Of a stretch of DNA of 64,000 bases, positions 48,850 to 59,520 are shown one piece after another (within the stretch, counting starts at the first letter, position 1; the number at the start of each line of letters is the position of its first letter). The DNA is from an uncultured Planctomycetaceae bacterium (GTDB lineage Bacteria; Planctomycetota; Planctomycetia; Isosphaerales; Isosphaeraceae). Location of the stretch: contig CAWIAD010000001.1 in the NCBI GenBank assembly GCA_963833985.1, positions 2,944,001 to 3,008,000 on the forward strand. Direction: 5' to 3'. Position numbers and translations under genes: made by a program. Under the pieces are notes generated by a model, which had not been told where the DNA came from, did no database searches, and saw only the letters and a list, made by a program, of their open reading frames with translations.

Positions 48850-51800
48850 TCATTCGCCCTCTGCATCTGCGTCCTCGTCCGGGACGCTCGGGTCCGCGGC
48901 TGCGCCCGCCAGGCTCATCAGGTCGGCGTGGCACTCGCTCAGCAGCACGGGAGGAATCTCTCCCAGCGGCAGCTTGCGGCTCCGGGATCCAGGGGCCTTG
49001 CCAGTTGCGGCGGACTGGAAAGACAGGGACAGGCGGGTGGCGTTCTCCTTCTCGTCGAAGTCGGCGACGCGGATCTCGGCATGCAGATTCGCGGCAGGGA
49101 AATGCCTCAGGAAATGATCGCCGCCGTCCTCGACGCGGAATGCGACCGGGTCGTAGCCCAGGCCCCGGGCGCGACGGCTGAGCGGTACGAATGGCTGCGG
49201 CTGGGCCAGCGCGACGGGCCACTCTCTGGCCGACCGCGCGTCTTTGGGCAGCCGGAACGGAGCATGGCCGAACTGCGTGAGCAGGGGCTCGATCTCGAAG
49301 TCCGCCAGGTGAACGGCCCAGCGCGCGGCCGTCCTGTACGGGAGGTTCAGCCGGTGCGCTATCGTGACGCTGGCGGACGCGGCAGGCTCGACCAGGTTGT
49401 CATCCAGATCGGTCAGCGTACCGTCCTCCAGGGGGCGGAATGTCGATACCGTTCCCGCTTCATCCTTCCAGGTCCAGACCACGCGAGTGCAGAGCCGGCC
49501 GGCCACCGGATGGCCCAGGAGCGTCCGCTTCCAGTCGGCGAACGTCCAGGAGCGCTGGAGGCACATCGCTTCGTGCAGCCGCTCGACAACTCGCTTGCGA
49601 ATCGCCTTGACTCCTTCTTCACCGCACTGAGCCGGGTCTTCGCGGCCGCGGCCAGCTCGGGATTGTCGTTCTTGCCAGGCGCGGGGAGCTTCTCGATCGT
49701 GGTTCCCGACACGTCCCCGAGCACCAGCTCGGCATCGTCATCCAGCCGCGCGAAGAACTGCCGCGGGCCGAAATCGAGCATGAGCTTCCCCTCGGCGTCG
49801 AACCCGGCGTCGGGAAGTGATTGGTCGGCCAGGTCCGCCACGGTCATGTGCTTGCGCTCGGCCAGCTTGCGCACCTGGTCCTCCGCCTCCTGGCGAATGG
49901 TGGCGGTCCGAAAACGCTTCGCCACGTCCAGCAGGAAGGCCACAGCCTCGGCATGATCGATCCAGGCAAGCACCTGGACGAGTGCCCGGCACTGCGCGGC
50001 CCGGTAGCCGTACCACTGGTTGATGTACGAGCGAATCCGATCGACCACGCCGGCCGGCCCGCAGGCCGCAGCCAGCGCCAGGAACCCCTTGTCCTCGGGC
50101 CGTGTGGACATCGGCCAGTTGCGCTCGAACTCGACGGCCTGTGCCAGCTCGGGCCGCTTCTGGACAATTTCATCGATGCTCGCCGCACCGGTCCAGGTCA
50201 TGAACTGAAGCAACCGGCGTGTCAGTTCTTCCTGCGTCGGCGGCCGCAAGTCCTCGGCCAGCCAGGCCTCGAACACGCTCTCGCCGAGGCGCCGGGCGTC
50301 CTGCTCGTGAATCAGCTTCACCTGCTCGCGCAGGATGACCGTCGGCTCAGCCGACCTCGTTTTCCAGGCCGAGACCGCCAGCCACTGCACCACGTCGGGC
50401 GTGATCGGCGTGCCGTCACTGCCCCAGCGCACCGCGGGGAGGCGATCGAACGGGAACCACGAGCACTTGGCTGGAATGCCCTTCTTCAGGCCGGCGACAG
50501 CCTCCGCCTGGAGCGCCGCGCGGCCGCGCGGGTCGGCCTGCGCGGTCGAGGCAGCCGCCTGCGCCTCGCCAAGACTCTCCAGGGCGCTGGCCAGGGCGGC
50601 CTTCACTTCCGCTGTTTTCTCGACCTCGAGAGCCGCGCAGAGCGCCAGGATGGCACCCTCAGGCCGCGACCGCTTCAGCCAGCCAATCGCAGCGCTGCGC
50701 ATCTGCGCCTTGCCTCCCTTCAGGGCATCGAACAACCTCTTCCGCCAGTCCGGCAGCTTCTCCAGGCACTTGCACGCGAGATCGCGCTCCCCCTCCACGG
50801 CACCCAGCGCCAGGTCCCAGAGCCGGGGAACAAACCGGGCGGGAGGTTCCGGGAACGCCGTGAGGATCGCCAGGATCGTTTGCCTTCGCTGCGCCGGAGG
50901 CATCATCCCTGTGCCCCAGTGACGCGCGGCACGGGCCGGGGCCTCCAGGTGCCGTGCCAGCCAGTCCTGGCGGTCCGCGAAGTAAGACCAGGTGGACTCG
51001 TCATCCCAATCGAAGCGCCGGTACGAGGCGGGCATGAGCCGGGCGCCGGCGATGGTCTCAGGATCGAGCGCCGCTGCCTGGAACGCATCAGCCAGATCGC
51101 GCAGGCTGAGGCGCGGCTGATGCGAGTCGCGATACGCGGCCATCAGCCTCTCGAACGTCTGACGTGGTACGGAGTAGTCCAGATGACCCGCCAGCGCGGC
51201 ATGCGGGCTCGGCTGGAGCAGGCCCGCAAGCCGCAACAGCCGGACGGCGTGCAGCGGTGTCAGCTCGGGGCGGGCGAGCAGTAGCCTGAGGCCCTCCAGG
51301 TCCTGCTTCGCCGCTTTCTCCAGGACCCGGGGCGGATCCACGCTCCAGGGCTGGGGATCGGTGAGCAGGGCAAAAGCCTGCTGGATCTCATCACCGGTGA
51401 GGTGCCCGCCCCATGCGGCCAGCGCCGAACGGAAGCCCTCATCCAGGGCAACGTGCGCCAGCACGTCACCGCGAGTCTCCGTCCGTGGCGCTCCTGCGGA
51501 CTGCTGGCCAGCCTGGAGCATCAGCTCATCCAGGACCTTGCGGACGGAGGGGGTCTTCTCGGAGCCGGCACGCTCGCGCAGAAAGGCCTGTCCCTCGGCC
51601 AGCTCGAGCCGGCCGATCAGCCGCAGGGCATGCGCCCGCTCTTCCGGCTTGCCCGTCTCGGCGATCGCCCGGAGGGCGGGGAACGCGGCCGCGCCGGCCT
51701 GCCCCACCAGCAGGCTCGCGCCTTCGCGCACGCCTTTCGCCGACCCGGCCGCCAGCCCCGCGAGTTCATGCAGAAACGGGGCAACGGGAATCGCCAGCTT

Positions 51801-52526
51801 CTGAAACGTCTCGATTGCCAGGGAACGCACCAGGGCGGAGCTGTCGCACAGCGCGTTTCGGACCAGCCCGTGCCGCCTGGCAAGGCGCTCGCCGTAGCCG
51901 CCGAGACCGCCCAGCAGCGACATCGCGTTCATGGACACGCTATCATAAGATCTTGCAGGAAACGCGTGCTTGTAGAGCATCTCTGGGTCATGACCGTCGG
52001 CCTCGAGCAATCGCTCGACTGTTTCCGCCGGGAGCCTGTTCTTGTGGATCGGGAAGATGGCTCCCTTGTACTCCGTCCGGGCGCCCAGTCGAATGAGCAG
52101 CTCCAGCCAGGGGGGCGGCGAGAGCGGTTGCAAGGAAGCGATCATCTGGTGCACGACCGCGCCCTTTCCAGCAATGTGCACGAGGATCTTGCCCGGTCCG
52201 AGGGTCGCCGAGAAGACCTTCGCGAACCGCAGAAGGACCGGCGCGGGTAGCTCCGAAGCGCTATCCAGAAGCACATCCCAGGCCGGTACCGGCGTCTGCC
52301 GGCTGGATGGCGGCAGGCCGCCGTAAGAGAGGTCGATCCCCAGCAGAAGGGCCGCGTTCGGGGCACTTCCCAGCAACACCAGGGCGGCCTCATCCGTGCC
52401 GTCGACCACGAAACTCAACAGCCGATCCGGCAGTGCCAGGTCAATGGCTTCCACCGGCCGAAATCCTTCCGCCAGGGCTGCCATGTGGGAACTGGGAAGC
52501 GCGCACGAGTGTTCGAGAATTGCCAA
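48850..52526 (-). CDS. Large HEAT-repeat protein with C-terminal DUF4132 domain (frameshift near 49590, probably others)
   Basis: LADQSLPDAGFDAEG..LDFGPRQF, KLPAPGKNDNPELA, RLHEAMCLQRSW..DW...HPVAGRLCTRVVW; TTG start with AGAAAGG upstream (alternative ATG 52484). Confidence 0.85.
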
Positions 52527-52617
52527 GGTGAGCCAGCCTTTCTGCCCGGGGGTCCCCGGCGATCCAGATTCGGTTCGGATCGGCGCCCGCCAGTAGCCTA
52601 GCACGCGGCGTCCAGGC

Positions 52618-55600
52618 TCACGGCTGCGTGCGCTTCCGGAGCTGGTCGCCCATGCTCCTGACCCACTCCTCCGGCGGCAGGCCGTAAGGCCGGAACTTCT
52701 TCGAGCCGGTTCTGCTCCTCGCTGGCGAAGAGCGCGCGGTTCGGGCCAAGCTTGCTGGCCGCCGGTGAATCGAGCAATCCGCCCGAGTCCGTCGGGCTCA
52801 TCTGGAAGAGCACCCGCATGGCGAACTCGCGGAGCTGCTGGTGCGTGGCATAGCGGTTCAGGTTGTTCACGGTGTCGCACCAGGCCAGCAGGTGAACGCC
52901 GAAGCCCGGGCCCTCCCGCAGGATGATGTCGAGGTGGTCGGGCGGAGTCAGCTCGTCTTCCTTGCGGCCGAAGCCAAAGTCGTCCTCGCGCCGGCGCAGG
53001 TCGCGGAACCGCGACAGGTCGTGGATGAGCAGGAAGATCTCGGGCCCGTCGCCGGAGTCTGGCTGCTGGCGGAGGGCCACCTCGCCGGCCACCGCCGCAA
53101 GGAATGGCGCCGCGTCACGCCAGCCGCCCACCTTGACCTCGTGCGGCAGGGCCGACGCGATGCGCGCCAGCGCCCCCGCCTGCTCGTCGTCCTCGGGAGT
53201 GCCGTCGAGCACGAAGAACCGCGCCCCGTAGCGCGTGCCATCGCTCCGTGCCGGAGGGAACTGTGCCGCCAGGCTGAGCAAGGCCGCGGCCGTCACCCCC
53301 ACCGCGGCCTCGCCGTTCTGGCCGACGATCAGCAGGTGGCTGCCCCCCTGGCGGCGAAACAGGGCCGAGGTCGGCTCCTTGATGGCCACCGGGTCGCCGA
53401 CCCATGCCAGTGCCGACTTCGGCGTCTCCGGCCAGGCCGGTAGATCGAGCTGCTGGCCGAGCAGGGGATTGGCGCCAGGTCGGCGGCGGCGTCCCCCTCG
53501 AAGACGATCGGCGTGCGTGCCAGCGCGGGGGACGTTCGCGGCCCAGGGCGCTGAGCTGCCGGAGATACTCTTCCTTGCGCTCGTCGGAAAGCCAGACAAC
53601 CTGGAAAAAGTGGTTCCCCTCCGGCGCTCCGTTGGCATCGTTGTAGATGGCCTCGCCCGGCCGCGAGAGCCACTTCGCCGCCAGGTTGTTCTCGGCCAGG
53701 ATGAGCAGCGAATCCACCTCGCTGCATTGCAGGGCGATGCGCACGGCCATCTGCCCAAGCGTGCTGCGGGCGAGCGTGAACGCTCCGCCCAGCGACTGCG
53801 ATCCCAGGTGTACGTGCACGCCGAAGGCCCGGCCCTGGCGCACCAGGCGGTCGAGCAAGAGCGCGGCCTCCTGCGCGAGCTTGTCCTCCTCGACGAAGAA
53901 CTCCTGGAACTCGTCCACGATGAGCAAGATCCGGGGCAGGGGAGTCGTCCCGGCGCATTACGGTAGCCGCTCACGTCCTGCACGCCGGCGTCGCGGAACC
54001 GGTCGGCCCGCATCTTCATTTCCAGGTCCAGCCGCTGGAGCACGCTGATGCCGAATTCGCGCTCGCTCTCGATGGCCACCACGCTGGCGTGCGGCAACCC
54101 GAACGTGGCGTAGATCTTGAACTCCACGCCCTTCTTGAAGTCGATGAGGTAGAGGTCGATCTCGTCGGGGCTGTAATAGAGCGCCAGGTTCGTGATCAGG
54201 GCGTGCATGAGCGTGGACTTGCCCGAGCCCGTGCGGCCGGCAATAAGCACGTGCTGCGAGGTTCCCTGGCCGAGCGTCAGGTTCTGCCGCTTGGTCGCCC
54301 CCGCCTTCCCCAGGGCGATGTCGATGCCCGAGCGGCTGTCCTGCGTCCACCACGCCTCGCGTGGCGGTGCGATGAAGTCGAACGGCACCTCCACCCGTTT
54401 GGCCGCACGCGCCGCGGCCCCCACCTTCTGGATCTGCCGGGTGGCGAACTCGGACGGCGGGGGCGGGTCGAGCGCCAGCGGAAACGGGATAAGGTCGGGA
54501 TCGTCCCAGGCGAGATCGCCCTCTTTCCAGTCCAGGTGGGCACAGTGCGGCCGCAGGTCGTTCAGCCCGAAGCCCGGCGGCATGGTCCGGGACGTATCAA
54601 CGGCGGCCAGCACAAGCACGCCGCACGGCACGCCCCCCGCGGCGATGGAAGCCAGCCGCCCGGCGGCCTTCTCGTCAAACTTGACGGGAAAATCCGCGAT
54701 CACCAGCACGCGATAGGGCTCGGCCACTTCCTCCGCCACGGCGTTGTAGGCCTCGATGGTGGGATACTCGTTCCGCAGGTACTTCTGCGTGACGGTCTCC
54801 ATGTGGGCTTCCAGCTCGGCCAGCCGCTCATCGATCTGCCGCGGGTCGGTCCAGACCTGACCGTTCACGAGCGCGGGGTCGAAGTCGGCCAGGTGCATGA
54901 ACGCGCCGAAGTTGCGGCCGATTCCGATGGGATCGACGATCGTGAACCGCACCATTCCCGGCGGCAGGCTGGTGAGGATGCGGAACATCGACGCTTGAAG
55001 CACGGCCACGGCCGCGGCCCGGCCCTCCGGCGGCGTCTCGATGAGCAGGTTTGCCGCGCCGGGGAACGCGCGCATCACCGCCAGATCGAACCGCCGGCGA
55101 ATTCCCTCCATGAGCCGCGGATCGCTCGAGACTCCACCGGGCAGGCTCGCCAGGTCGACAGCCGCCTCTCCCAGCCGCAGCACCGGCGGCAGAGAACGGG
55201 GCAGGGGCCGGTCGGCCCACGACGGATCGTCCCATGGCGGGCCGACCGCGTCCACGGCCTGGCGCACGGCCGCCAGCTCGGCCGTCACCCGCTCCATCCC
55301 CTCGCGCCAGCGGCCGGCCATGGCGGCCCACTTCTTCTCGTAGCGGGACTTCACCTGCTCCTTCAGGCTCTGGTAGTTCTCGTCCAGCTTCACCAGGCCG
55401 CGCTCGGTCTGGACCTTGAGCTCGGCCATCCGCTGGCGGTTCGCGTCGACGGCCTCGCTCATCGCCGTGGCCTGGGTGGTCTGGACGTCCACCATCCGCT
55501 GGGCGTAAACCTCATTGATGTGGCGGATCTGCTCGTCGCGCCGGGCCTCACCCTGCTCGATGGTCCGGACGTGCTGCTCCTTGGCCCGCGCCTGCTCCTC

Positions 55601-56604
55601 CTCATGCCTGGCGGCCAGCCGCTTGCGCTCCTCGGCGTGGCGGGCGTCGGCCTGCGCGGCCGTAGTCCAGCAGGGCCGTGACGTCCGCCAGCGATTGCAT
55701 GAGCGGGTCGTAAAGCCGCTGGAGCTGCTTTTTCGAGATCTGCACCAGCCAGGTGCGCAACAGCCCGCCCAGGGCCAGGCCGGTGACGGCCAGACCGGCG
55801 ATGCCGGCGGCGGGCAGCTCCAGCAGGATGGCGACGACCACGCACAGAAGCAGCGGGACCACGAAAGTCCAGGCCTCACGCGCACCCTTCATCATCTTCG
55901 GGATGACCAGCTTTTCCAGCAGGTTGACCGCCGGCTCCATCCGTCCCAGCCGGTTGAAGGCCTCGTCCACCGGCGGCTGGAACTTGTCGTACGATTCGCG
56001 CCGGGGCGGGCGGGTCGGGCTTGAGCTGGAACTTGACGTACTCGGCGGCAAGCCGCGCCAGCCGCTCGCGGAACCCGTCGCTCGCCTGGACGGCCGAGCT
56101 GATCGGCTGCAATTCCTTGGTGTGCTCGCCGGCCGCCTTCCGCTTGCCGGCCTCGAGCTGGCTGGCAGCGACACCGCGTGCGCGCTGGTAGTCACTCTTG
56201 GCCGTCTCGCGCAAAGCATCGAACTCGGCGGCGATGCGCCGGCTGGACGAGGCGAAATCTGCCTTGGTCCTGGCCTCTCCGGTCATCGCGGCGTTCACGA
56301 TCGACCGCCTGCGCTGCTCGTCGTCGGCCCGGGCCTCGCGGTCGAGCGCCTGGTACTTGTCAACGAATCCCTGCCGCGACTTCGCGTATTCGGTCTCCAC
56401 CCTGGCGTCGTTGGACGCCCGCGTTTCCTCGACGTCCTTCTCGGCCGCGGCGCGCTCGGCCGTCAGCCGCAAGAGCTCGCGCAGGGCCGCGCTCTGGCGG
56501 CCGGGCAGGTCGTGGGAGGCAGCAGCAACCTTTCCGTCCAGAGGACTGGAAGGGGCCGGCGGCTCCGTGCCGGCAATGGTGCGCAGGGCGCTCGATGTGC
56601 TCAC
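52618..56604 (-). CDS. Membrane-anchored FtsK/SpoIIIE-family ATPase (EssC/EccC-like), ~1330 aa when about 6 frameshifts are repaired
   Basis: Coiled coil, 2 TM helices, coiled coil, degenerate ATPase-like domain, active domain HVLIAGRTGSGKS / YLIDFKKGVEF / LIVDEFQEFF / RQGRAFGVHVHLGSQ, third degenerate domain (HLLIVGQ, ILREGPGFGVHL); repaired end KFRPYGLP...KRTQP* at 52618. Confidence 0.88.
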
Positions 56605-56840
56605 AGGCTCTCACTCCGGTCGGAACAATCGCGGCGCACCTGGTCGAGTACCTCGGCCACCTTCTGCATGCCCGTGACCGCGGCGTCGATGGCCGGATCC
56701 AGCGGCGCCAGGTAGCGGTCCTCGAACCTGTGGCGCACCGCGTCGCCCCAGGTCGCCTCGGTGATCAGCCACTGGTCCTTGAGCGAGCGCAGCGTCTGCT
56801 TCAGCCGATTCGCGCCCATCAGAACTTTCGCGTTTGGCAT
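56601..56840 (-). CDS. 79-aa WXG100-like helical hairpin protein
   Basis: Two predicted amphipathic helices around central TWGD (LKDQWLITEATWGDAVRHRFEDRYL); stop overlaps the FtsK GTG (GTGA); GAGGT RBS. Confidence 0.7.
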   Translation of the reverse strand: MPNAKVLMGANRLKQTLRSLKDQWLITEATWGDAVRHRFEDRYLAPLDPAIDAAVTGMQKVAEVLDQVRRDCSDRSESL

Positions 56841-56846
56841 GCGGAC

Positions 56847-57497
56847 TCACCTCTCGTCGGGTTCACGCATCGGTTCGTCTTGCGGCTGCGGCGCAGACTC
56901 GGCCGGCTCTTCCTCGATGGCCTTGACCGCGATCTCCTGGAAGGCGGCAGGCGCGGCCGTCACCGCGGCTTGCGGCGCGGCCTGGTCCAGGCTCGCCGGT
57001 GCGGCCATAGCCGGCGGCGCCAGTTGCAGGTAGGCCTCCAGCGCGTCGATGATGCGGGTGAGAAGGTTGAGCGCGCGTGGCATGTCGGAGGCGGCCAGCT
57101 CCTTGATCCTCTGGATGCTGCCGTGATACTCAAGTGCAGCCTGGTGGAACAGCGGCTGCCACTTGCGCACCAGCAGGAGCCGCTTCTCGGCGTCCTGCAA
57201 CCCGGCCTCGGCGCGGCGGAGGATCTCCATCGGCTCGCTCAGCGAGGGCGAATAGTCCGGCTTCTTCTGGAGCTTGCGGCGAAAGACCTCGGCCCGCGCC
57301 GCCGCCACTTCCTCGCGCCGCCGCTTGATCTGCTCTTGCCAGTAATAGGGCCGGTCCTGCTGGAGCCACTGTCCGGTGCGTCGCACCTCGAACTCGACCG
57401 CCCCCAGTGCCGCCAGCGTATCGTCGGCATAGAGCGCCAGCGCCGTGCGGAAGTCCTTGAGCGCATCGATCGAATGGACTTCAGCCTGAGAGCTCAT
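56847..57497 (-). CDS. All-helical WXG100/LXG-like protein, first gene of the FtsK operon
   Basis: MSSQAEVHSIDALKDFRTAL...; coiled-coil pattern with conserved-looking Trp residues; C-terminal LEAYL then Ala/Pro/Glu tail; 6 nt from next gene. Confidence 0.65.
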   Translation of the reverse strand: MSSQAEVHSIDALKDFRTALALYADDTLAALGAVEFEVRRTGQWLQQDRPYYWQEQIKRRREEVAAARAEVFRRKLQKKPDYSPSLSEPMEILRRAEAGLQDAEKRLLLVRKWQPLFHQAALEYHGSIQRIKELAASDMPRALNLLTRIIDALEAYLQLAPPAMAAPASLDQAAPQAAVTAAPAAFQEIAVKAIEEEPAESAPQPQDEPMREPDER

Positions 57498-57692
57498 GGA
57501 AGTGAAGGCCCTTGGCACGCCGGCCGTTCCGGAACGGCTTGCACCACGCCGAATTGCACCACAGCGCGAGCCTAGCAGACGGGACGGAAGCTGTAAAGGA
57601 CCGCGGACGTATCAAGCTGTTCCAGGACCGCTCCGCCAGGACTTGAAGCACCTTGGGCGAGCCGAGGTCTTCCTCCGGAAACGGCGCGTTTC

Positions 57693-57947
57693 TCAATTGG
57701 AAGCGGCTTCAAAACTCACTTGATGGTGACCCTGTCCGGTGGCCCGGTAACCGGCGCAGGCGATCGCCATCTTCGCGGTTTGGAGGGCAGCGTTGTAGGC
57801 CGTTGCAAAAGCGCGGTCCGCCGAAAGCCCGGCAAGACTTGCATCGCGAAGGTCCCGCGCGATCACGGTCCGAAGGTCATCCAGCTCCGACTTGCTTGTG
57901 GCGTGCGGCCGGACCCGGTTGGAATTGAGTAACTGCCTCCAGGTCAT
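57693..57947 (-). pseudogene. HEPN-like toxin partner of the MNT gene, apparently C-terminally truncated
   Basis: RDLRDA...FATAYNAALQ...GYRATGQGHHQVSFE then stop at 84 aa; the expected downstream R-rich catalytic segment is absent. Confidence 0.65.
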
Positions 57948-58521
57948 GCTGATCCCCAACCACAAAGAGCTTCTCGCGGCTGCTCACGGTGATAAGAAAA
58001 TGATGCCTTTCGGAGATCTTCTTTGCGACCTCTTCCGGAGTGTAAATGGACGGGTTCACCGGGCGGAGAAGCTTTTCCTCCGCGGTTTTCAGCGCAAGGG
58101 CAAGCTCGGCAAGTCCCAGGCGGCCGATGACCATCAAGTCCACGTCGCTGCCAGGACCTTCCTCCTGCCGCGCAATAGAACCATGAACGAAGGCGACGTC
58201 GATGCGCTCGCGAAGTGGTTGCAGGCACCCGGCCAGGACATCTCTCAGCCCCGCCGTCTTGAGGAAAAGCCCGTGAAGTTCTGGAAAGATCGGACTCGAG
58301 GTCTCTGCCGCGTAATAGCCCCGGTTTCCATCTGCACGCCTACGCAGGATCCCTCCCGCGACAAGCGCAGCGAGCTCTCGCTGAAGGCTCGACGGCCGTA
58401 CCTCAAGACGCCGGGCGAGATCCGAGAGATACCATTCCCTGGAAGCATCCCCGTACAGCACAGCCAGGATGCGCTGGCGTGTTCTGGGCATCAGGGCGTC
58501 GAGCGGTTTTGTTTCACGCAT
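57877..58521 (-). CDS. wHTH + minimal nucleotidyltransferase (MNT) antitoxin
   Basis: N-terminal wHTH (YLSDLARRL..SLQRELAAL), AFVHGSIAR...SDVDLMVIG. Confidence 0.9.
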   Translation of the reverse strand: MRETKPLDALMPRTRQRILAVLYGDASREWYLSDLARRLEVRPSSLQRELAALVAGGILRRRADGNRGYYAAETSSPIFPELHGLFLKTAGLRDVLAGCLQPLRERIDVAFVHGSIARQEEGPGSDVDLMVIGRLGLAELALALKTAEEKLLRPVNPSIYTPEEVAKKISERHHFLITVSSREKLFVVGDQHDLEAVTQFQPGPAARHKQVGAG

Positions 58522-58602
58522 TCTGCGTTACTCTACACGCGATTTGCGTAAGGTTCAACTGCGCTTCCGAGTTTCTGCCACGAAGGTAGAGACTGGAGTG
58601 GC

Positions 58603-58781
58603 CCGGTGGAACAGCGGCTGCCACATACGCACAAGGACAGGCCGCTTCCCGGCGTCCTGCTAGCCGACCTGGGCGCGGCGGAGGATTTCCATCGGCTCAC
58701 TCCTGGACAGTGAGTACCGGGCTATATCTGGAGCTTGCGCGGAAGACCTCCGCCCGAGCCGCCGCCACCCTCGCGCCGCCG
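58603..58781 (-). pseudogene. Degenerate duplicate of an internal part (57141-57323) of the WXG100/LXG-like gene
   Basis: e.g. GGTGGAACAGCGGCTGCCAC, GGCGCGGCGGAGGAT(C/T)TCCATCGGCTC, CTGGAGCTTGCG, GCCGCCGCCAC shared collinearly, with indels. Confidence 0.8.
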
Positions 58782-58806
58782 TTCCTCGTGCGGGCATTCC
58801 CGCTGG

Positions 58807-59307
58807 TTATTCGTCACCCGAGGGGCCGTACATGCCGGGGACCGGGATGTCGTTCAAGCGCAGGTAGACGCACAGGATGGCCCGGTGGTGAACGATGTGG
58901 TTGAGGACGAACGACCTCACGATGGTGGACCTGGGCATGCTGAAGATCGGATTGCCGGCCCGTAACAAGGTCCACGTGCACCCCATCTCCTCGTCCGTGG
59001 CCGCCACGAGCGCTGCCCGCGCGGCCGCGACGTTGTGGTCAAAACTCTCAAGGATCTCCGCCCGGCTGCCCAGGTTCGGCAACCGGAACGGCTCGCCACC
59101 GACCGGGGCGGTGTCCAGCGATGTCGAGTTCAACGCGTGCACGAGCCAATCCGGCAGGTTCGCCAGGTGATTGGCGTTCCACCCGATCGTGTGCGACTTC
59201 GGATGCGGCTGCCAGTCCAGCTTATCATCCGGGATGCGCTCGAGAACCTTGCGCGTGCTGGCCATTTCCTGGTCGAACTCGGGCAGAAGCATTTCGGCAT
59301 AGGTCAT
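58807..59307 (-). CDS. DinB/YfiT family protein
   Basis: LPEFDQEMASTRKVLERIP, WQPHPKS, HIVHHRAILCVYLR...VPGMYGPS. Confidence 0.92.
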   Translation of the reverse strand: MTYAEMLLPEFDQEMASTRKVLERIPDDKLDWQPHPKSHTIGWNANHLANLPDWLVHALNSTSLDTAPVGGEPFRLPNLGSRAEILESFDHNVAAARAALVAATDEEMGCTWTLLRAGNPIFSMPRSTIVRSFVLNHIVHHRAILCVYLRLNDIPVPGMYGPSGDE

Positions 59308-59520
59308 GAGAAACCCCCCTGAAATCCTGGGACCTGGCCCGAAGGCCGTTGACTGCGCCCATGGCATTGGAACCAGGTATCGACAGATTGTCAACTTCTG
59401 TACACTACTTTTCGGGCGACGCACTTTTTGCCCCGGTGCGCGATGCTTGAGCGCGGTGGTGGGTCTCGCTACCTTGGCCCTTTGCCTGTGGAGCATGATG
59501 CGGTGGATCAGAATGCGCGA

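Noticed and set aside
52618..56604. Housekeeping cell-division FtsK or conjugative coupling protein
   Set aside because: No FtsK gamma domain or 4-TM N-terminus, no relaxase or T4SS genes; context is small helical genes
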